Origin: a bacterium
GTDB lineage: Bacteria; SZUA-182; DTGQ01
DNA: 40,507 nucleotides
NCBI GenBank assembly: GCA_040752695.1
Contig: JBFMGO010000044.1
Location: 1 to 40,507 of the forward strand
Direction: 5' to 3'
Part shown: positions 35,648-40,507 of the stretch, one piece after another
Position numbering within the stretch: the first letter of the stretch is position 1
How the letters are laid out: each line of letters begins with the position of its first letter
Notes under the pieces: model-generated
Told to the model about the DNA's origin: nothing
What the model saw: only the letters and a program-made list of their open reading frames with translations
Databases searched by the model: none
Translations under genes and position numbers: made by a program

Positions 35648-38641
35648 TTACCTGTATATTTTTTCTACAATTATCTTCCTCTTTAATTCCTTGCTGACTT
35701 TTTCCTGGAATGCCTTATACTTTTCGTAGTCTTCGAGAGGTATGTAAATATCTCTTGTTTCATAGCGCAGATGATAGGTGATGGTACGGTCTTTCAGCGT
35801 ATATTCCGAAGTATAAAGGATTTGCGGAATCTCCAGGGTCACGGGCGGGGGCAGGTAACGCACACTGATGTTCTGGGGCAGGGTTATATGAACAATGTTT
35901 TCCCCTAAAGAAGTATTTCCCAGGAAAACAGGATACTTACGATCGTCAATAATGGCAGACTGATTAGCCCCTAATACCGAAGCCTTCATGAATCCGATAC
36001 CGTCCGCCCACTCGATAAAATCCGGCGCAGTATAGGTAATGTCGAGTTGATAAGGCTGGTTTTGATCATCCGGGTCATTGAATCTGAAATCAACGAGTTC
36101 TCCGCCCGGAGCCCGTGCTGCGACCATTGCATCCAGATACTGCTTGCGGTATATCGGGTCAAGGGACTTGAGATATGCCCGGCTGCCGATGGCATTGATT
36201 CCTGTCGATGTGGTAGTTGAAAAGACTGTAGCGAATGAATCCTCAGCTATCCGGATATCTACAATCTCCTTGTCCAGATTTTTTTCCGGCGGGACTACTG
36301 GTATTTTGGTAAATTGACATCTATCATCAAATATCACCAGCGCTTCACGGTCCTGATCCCCGGCAGGGATATCTCCGAAAGAGCTTGATTCCGCAGTAGG
36401 ATCCATCCATATCCATTGACCGTCGATAATACTAAGGGTAATTACATGGTCAAAGGCACTGAGCTGCGGGACTGCCTCCTGGGCCCTGCGGCCTCCGTAG
36501 AGGGTACCTAACCATACAGGGTAAGCACTGATCCCTGCCTCCCTGAGCATGGTAACGAGCAGCATCGTTTGATCCTTGCAGTCACCATATTTATTTCTGA
36601 ATACTTCGTGTGCCTGATGCGGCCTCCAGCCTCCCTTGCCATATTCCAGACCGACATAACGTATCTGCGAGGCTACGTAATGAAAGAGTGCTCTGGCTTT
36701 CTCTTCTTCGGTAGAGAGGTTTTGAGTCAATTCATTCACCGTGGCTTTAATGTCGTCATCAGGGACAATGGCCTGAAATTCGAGTTCGCGCCAACATTCG
36801 GCCATTGTCTCCCAGGTGGGAATAGAACTTATCAGGAGTGTAGGACTGACGTCGAAAATTGGCGGCATCATCGGTTCAGTAATTATCCCCGGTAAATCGG
36901 ATAGCTCCCAGGTAAAATACTTCATGCCTCCATCTACCACAATCTCCGGCTCCAGATAATCTCCATTGACAACGCTTATCTCGAATTCCCGGTCTGCCGG
37001 TACCGAAACCTCGATTCTGCCTCTCTTGACAGGATCGATGGAGTCAAGAGCAAAGCCTGAATCAATCTCCCGGGGAGTGAAGATCCGGGATCCGGGTATG
37101 TCTTCTATGGTAATCTGATATTCGATGATGGATCCCACGGTCACTCCAGGCATGGATATGATTAAGACTTTTATATTGTTATAAAAGGGGAAATTGACCC
37201 AGGGAGTAACTTCCTGGATATCCTGCTGGCTGGCGCCGATAATCGTCCCGTCAGGTTTGATAACCCGGGCCAGATCAACGGTTATATTTTGAAACGTCGA
37301 GTCATAAGACATCTTAATTTCGCTTGCATCTTTCCCCCGCTCATCCAGAATCTTGAACAGCCTGTGGGTCTTGTTTATTAAGGTATCGTCCGGTAATAAC
37401 TGATACTTGACCTCATCGAGAAGTATTACCAGCGAATGATCAGGCATATCCTCGGGTTCGGGTGCGGACATGATCAGCATGGCCACTTCCTGCTCTTTTA
37501 TATCCCCGGCAGTGGAGGCATCTCCCACCATTTCGATATCCTGAACGTGATCCCTGGCCTGTGAGGCCCAACTGCTGTCCGGGGCAAGGTCTACAACTTT
37601 GCTGTAATATTCCCTTGCCTCAAAAAACAGGTGCTTCTCCTCAAGAATGAAACCTGTGGTACAGAGGATCTCAAGGTCATCCGGGTCCATCGTTTCAGCC
37701 TTCTGCAATTCCTTCAGCGCCCTGGTAAGATCATTCGCTTTAAAATATGAGAGAGCCAAACCCTTGACCGCATCCGTACTGTTCGGATCCTGTTCAATTA
37801 CCCGACCGTATTCTCTGATTGCTTTACTGTATTCACCCTGCTGGTAGTAGACCTTGGCTAACTGCAATCGTGCTTTCGGGCTGTAAAGCTGAAAACCGGC
37901 AGCCTGCTCCAGGTATTTTTCTGCATCTCTAAGATATATATTACCAAGTGCCGAATATGACATTCCAAGCATAAGACATACTTCTTCTTTGCCTGAAGGT
38001 AAATTGATTGAATTCTTCAATTCATTGATAGCATAGTCATACTGACCGTTGAGAAAATAGGTTCGTCCCAGGGATAGATGATCAACCGGTAATGCCCACC
38101 CGTTGTACTGGCTGTAGCCGCCATAGAGATTTGCAGGGAATAATTGTGCAGTAGAATAAGACAATTGATTTACAGGAAAGCTGATTGTCTGATTTGTCGA
38201 AGTATTAAGGACCGAAGTATTAAGGACCGAAGTGTTAAAGATCGAAGTACTCAAGGAGGGAAAAGAAAAATTATAGGAATAACTCCCCGCAAAATTCGAA
38301 AAAAAACTCTCCTTCCACAAGGTGTTCTCACCTGGGATTGAAAAGCCGGAAGCATTCGAAGATAATGAGGTTAGGGTCCCATCTAACGTGCGGCTCACCC
38401 GAAAGAGGCTTTCCCAGGGAGAGTCACTGATGGGCTGTGAGATAGATTGATTCCACAAATCAACAGGAGTACGATAATTATAAGATGGCCATACGAGGGA
38501 TACACTTTGAACCGCTGGGATCTGCCAGTCTGTAAATTCCGCCTCGCCACGAGGAACATAGTAAAGAGATACGAAACAATAACCAACGAGCAACAGGAGC
38601 ATGATACAGTAGTTTTTCGCTTCAACCATAACGAAACCCAT
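35648..38641 (-). CDS. Secreted TPR + DUF3857 + transglutaminase-like protein
   Basis: Signal-like N-terminus, S/N/Y-rich linker, TPR repeats, P.V..GSIIEY, IRYVGLEYG, catalytic YGDCKD, FDHVI, W.DPT. Confidence 0.88.
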   Translation of the reverse strand: MGFVMVEAKNYCIMLLLLVGYCFVSLYYVPRGEAEFTDWQIPAVQSVSLVWPSYNYRTPVDLWNQSISQPISDSPWESLFRVSRTLDGTLTSLSSNASGFSIPGENTLWKESFFSNFAGSYSYNFSFPSLSTSIFNTSVLNTSVLNTSTNQTISFPVNQLSYSTAQLFPANLYGGYSQYNGWALPVDHLSLGRTYFLNGQYDYAINELKNSINLPSGKEEVCLMLGMSYSALGNIYLRDAEKYLEQAAGFQLYSPKARLQLAKVYYQQGEYSKAIREYGRVIEQDPNSTDAVKGLALSYFKANDLTRALKELQKAETMDPDDLEILCTTGFILEEKHLFFEAREYYSKVVDLAPDSSWASQARDHVQDIEMVGDASTAGDIKEQEVAMLIMSAPEPEDMPDHSLVILLDEVKYQLLPDDTLINKTHRLFKILDERGKDASEIKMSYDSTFQNITVDLARVIKPDGTIIGASQQDIQEVTPWVNFPFYNNIKVLIISMPGVTVGSIIEYQITIEDIPGSRIFTPREIDSGFALDSIDPVKRGRIEVSVPADREFEISVVNGDYLEPEIVVDGGMKYFTWELSDLPGIITEPMMPPIFDVSPTLLISSIPTWETMAECWRELEFQAIVPDDDIKATVNELTQNLSTEEEKARALFHYVASQIRYVGLEYGKGGWRPHQAHEVFRNKYGDCKDQTMLLVTMLREAGISAYPVWLGTLYGGRRAQEAVPQLSAFDHVITLSIIDGQWIWMDPTAESSSFGDIPAGDQDREALVIFDDRCQFTKIPVVPPEKNLDKEIVDIRIAEDSFATVFSTTTSTGINAIGSRAYLKSLDPIYRKQYLDAMVAARAPGGELVDFRFNDPDDQNQPYQLDITYTAPDFIEWADGIGFMKASVLGANQSAIIDDRKYPVFLGNTSLGENIVHITLPQNISVRYLPPPVTLEIPQILYTSEYTLKDRTITYHLRYETRDIYIPLEDYEKYKAFQEKVSKELKRKIIVEKIYR
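38198..38256. repeat. 4 x 15-bp in-frame repeat (encodes TSVLN-like units)
   Basis: cgaagtattaaggac units. Confidence 0.8.
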
Positions 38642-38886
38642 CCTTCTTTGTAAATAGAGATTATTTATAGAAAGTTTTTAATATGACCTCCAATTTTTTA
38701 TTGATTGGATAAAGCCCGTTTCCTGAAAAAATAATCAGTTTTATAGCTACCATTATAAGGTAGCATTGTCTCTGGAAAATGTCAAAAGTTTGAAGAGAGG
38801 AAAGGAATAAGAAGACTGTTAAGAGGAGGATCGGCGGAATAGGTGACCAGATACATCCTGCCATCTTACGGAATATGCGCAAAATG

Positions 38887-38918
38887 AAGCGGGTATCCCC
38901 TTGAGGGGATACCCGCTT
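38887..38918 (-). terminator. Terminator of the Gly/Tyr-rich gene
   Basis: Perfect 14-bp arms aagcgggtatcccc / ggggatacccgctt, then CATTTT on the minus strand. Confidence 0.7.
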
Positions 38919-39012
38919 ATCGCAAACTCAACCGGTGCACGATTTTTACTTTTCCGATTACTTCAGATAAGATGACGTGCCGTGCCGGTTAACAAACTCG
39001 AAAGCTCCTGGT

Positions 39013-39741
39013 TTAGATGCTCGTGGCCGTGCTGTATGCTCCACTACTGAGGCCGCTCAAACCGCCAAGCCCCCCGATCATCGAATAGGGACTCATGCTG
39101 CTCGAATAATAGGGAGTTATACTACCCATAATTCCCAAGCCGCCGTACATACCGCCTAATCCGTACATGCTGCCCAATCCGCCGTACATACCGCCTAATC
39201 CACCGTACATGCTGCCTAATCCGTACATGCTGCCCAAGCCATACATGCTGCCCAATCCGCCGTACATACCGCCTAATCCACCGTACATGCTGCCTAATCC
39301 GTACATGCTGCCCAAGCCGCCGTACATACCGCCTAATCCGCCGTACATGCTGCCCAATCCATACATGCTTCCCAAACCGCCGTACATGCTGCCTAACCCC
39401 CCATATAGGCTGCTGCCATACAGGCTGCTCAATCCGCCGTACATACTGCCCAATCCATACATGCTTCCCAAACCGCTATACATACCACCTAACCCCCCAT
39501 ACAGGCTGCTGCTGCCATACAGGCTGCTCAATCCGCCGTACATACTGCCCAATCCATACATGCTTCCCAAACCGCCATACATGCCGCCTAACCCACCATA
39601 CAGGCTGCTGCCGTAGGTACTGCCCAATCCGCTGGAATAAGTAGAGTATTGCGCGCAACAAGTGCTGGCAAAGATAAATAAAAATCCTAAAAAGGCAATT
39701 AATGAAAATAAAACTGAATTAACTCTGTTTTTGCAAGACAT
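39013..39741 (-). CDS. Secreted Gly/Tyr/Met/Leu/Ser repeat protein
   Basis: Signal peptide ending CCA|Q, then about 20 YGGLG[SG]M / YGLGSM units. Confidence 0.8.
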   Translation of the reverse strand: MSCKNRVNSVLFSLIAFLGFLFIFASTCCAQYSTYSSGLGSTYGSSLYGGLGGMYGGLGSMYGLGSMYGGLSSLYGSSSLYGGLGGMYSGLGSMYGLGSMYGGLSSLYGSSLYGGLGSMYGGLGSMYGLGSMYGGLGGMYGGLGSMYGLGSMYGGLGGMYGGLGSMYGLGSMYGLGSMYGGLGGMYGGLGSMYGLGGMYGGLGIMGSITPYYSSSMSPYSMIGGLGGLSGLSSGAYSTATSI

Positions 39742-39982
39742 TTTCCTAACCTCATTTTTGGCTTTATTCAGATTGCACTGAACCTTAGGTTCTAAAAATC
39801 AGTAATAAGACCCTCGTATAAAACTCTCTTTGAACTCTGATAATTTTCAATAAAAACTATATTTTATTATAAATTTACATCTTATTTCCTTACCCTCCTT
39901 TATCAGTGCCTGCACCAAACCCCATTTTCAGGCAAATAAACACCCAGAGGTCTTGGGATGGGCTCTTAATGTGAACCGGCAC

Positions 39983-40339
39983 TTACAAGGCATCAATAAT
40001 CTGATCCAGTACCTGGAACATTTGGCTGTTCTTACTGATACACTCGTAAGCACCAAGCTCCTTGGCTTTCACAATATTTCTGTGATCAAGATAAGCAGAA
40101 AGAATAATGACCTTAAGGCCAGGTCTGATTCCAATGATGATTTGGAGAAAATCAAGGCCTTTTATATCCTTTAGATTCAGATCAAGTAATACAAGATCGA
40201 ATTGCCAAAGATTTATATTTTTTTGAAAATCATGGAAAGAAGTACATGACTCCACACGATACCCTCTTTGGGTGAGATGATATCGTAAAGCATTACAAAA
40301 GATAATTTCATCATCCATAACCAAGATATTATTAACCAA
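39983..40339 (-). CDS. Single-domain response regulator (receiver)
   Basis: ILVMDDE, DLVLLD (phospho-Asp), VIILSA, GA...ISK. Confidence 0.9.
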   Translation of the reverse strand: MVNNILVMDDEIIFCNALRYHLTQRGYRVESCTSFHDFQKNINLWQFDLVLLDLNLKDIKGLDFLQIIIGIRPGLKVIILSAYLDHRNIVKAKELGAYECISKNSQMFQVLDQIIDAL

Positions 40340-40444
40340 CGTCTTAACACCATGAGAGGCACATCATCCTAAGAGAGGCGCATCACCAGAAGAGGAAATC
40401 TCAAGTTTGCCAAAATAACAATGAACTATATGAGAAGGGAAGTA

Positions 40445-40460
40445 TGCATTCATTATGCCA
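40445..40460 (-). promoter_or_regulatory. Possible sigma54 promoter for the response regulator
   Basis: TGGCAT-AATGA-ATGCA (GG-N10-GC). Confidence 0.45.
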
Positions 40461-40507
40461 TCTTTATCATTTTACGAGATCACCTTATACATCAAGGTAA
40501 TAAGGCT

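Noticed and set aside
39167..39616. Plus-strand Pro/Tyr-rich ORF
   Set aside because: Antisense shadow of the Gly-rich gene, which has the signal peptide and terminator
39895..39980. Riboswitch upstream of the Gly/Tyr-rich gene
   Set aside because: Only short weak stems; no known aptamer consensus recognised

Overview
Bacterial chromosomal window; taxonomy cannot be fixed from the sequence. (1) 184-12334, minus strand: a compact, apparently intact single-operon phage virion module. It encodes TerL, a Mu gp29-like portal, a Mu I-like protease/scaffold, a decoration protein, a major capsid protein, a gp36-like adaptor, a tail terminator-like protein, a tail tube, a chaperone with an intact -1 frameshift, a tape measure and two small putative DNA-binding proteins. 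No integrase, replication, lysis, canonical TerS or tail-tip genes are visible. It sits head-to-head with uvrA behind a promoter-leader-terminator. This is the best candidate for an undescribed system (gene transfer agent-like or domesticated prophage), although a decayed prophage is not excluded. (2) uvrA. (3) A group 1b-like membrane-bound [NiFe]-hydrogenase operon plus a separately promoted second cytochrome b. (4) A sigma54/IHF/enhancer-type promoter upstream of a secreted Pro/Thr-rich protein gene, with a 16-bp tandem array in its leader. (5) Three tandem ~1000-aa secreted paralogs with split beta-propeller-like ends and a variable core. (6) A YbhB/YbcL protein, a PAS histidine kinase, a small CxxC redox protein, a TPR-DUF3857-transglutaminase protein, a secreted Gly/Tyr/Met repeat protein and a single-domain response regulator. 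Short tandem repeats recur throughout, often just upstream of ribosome binding sites. All family calls come from motif recognition by eye; no searches were run.
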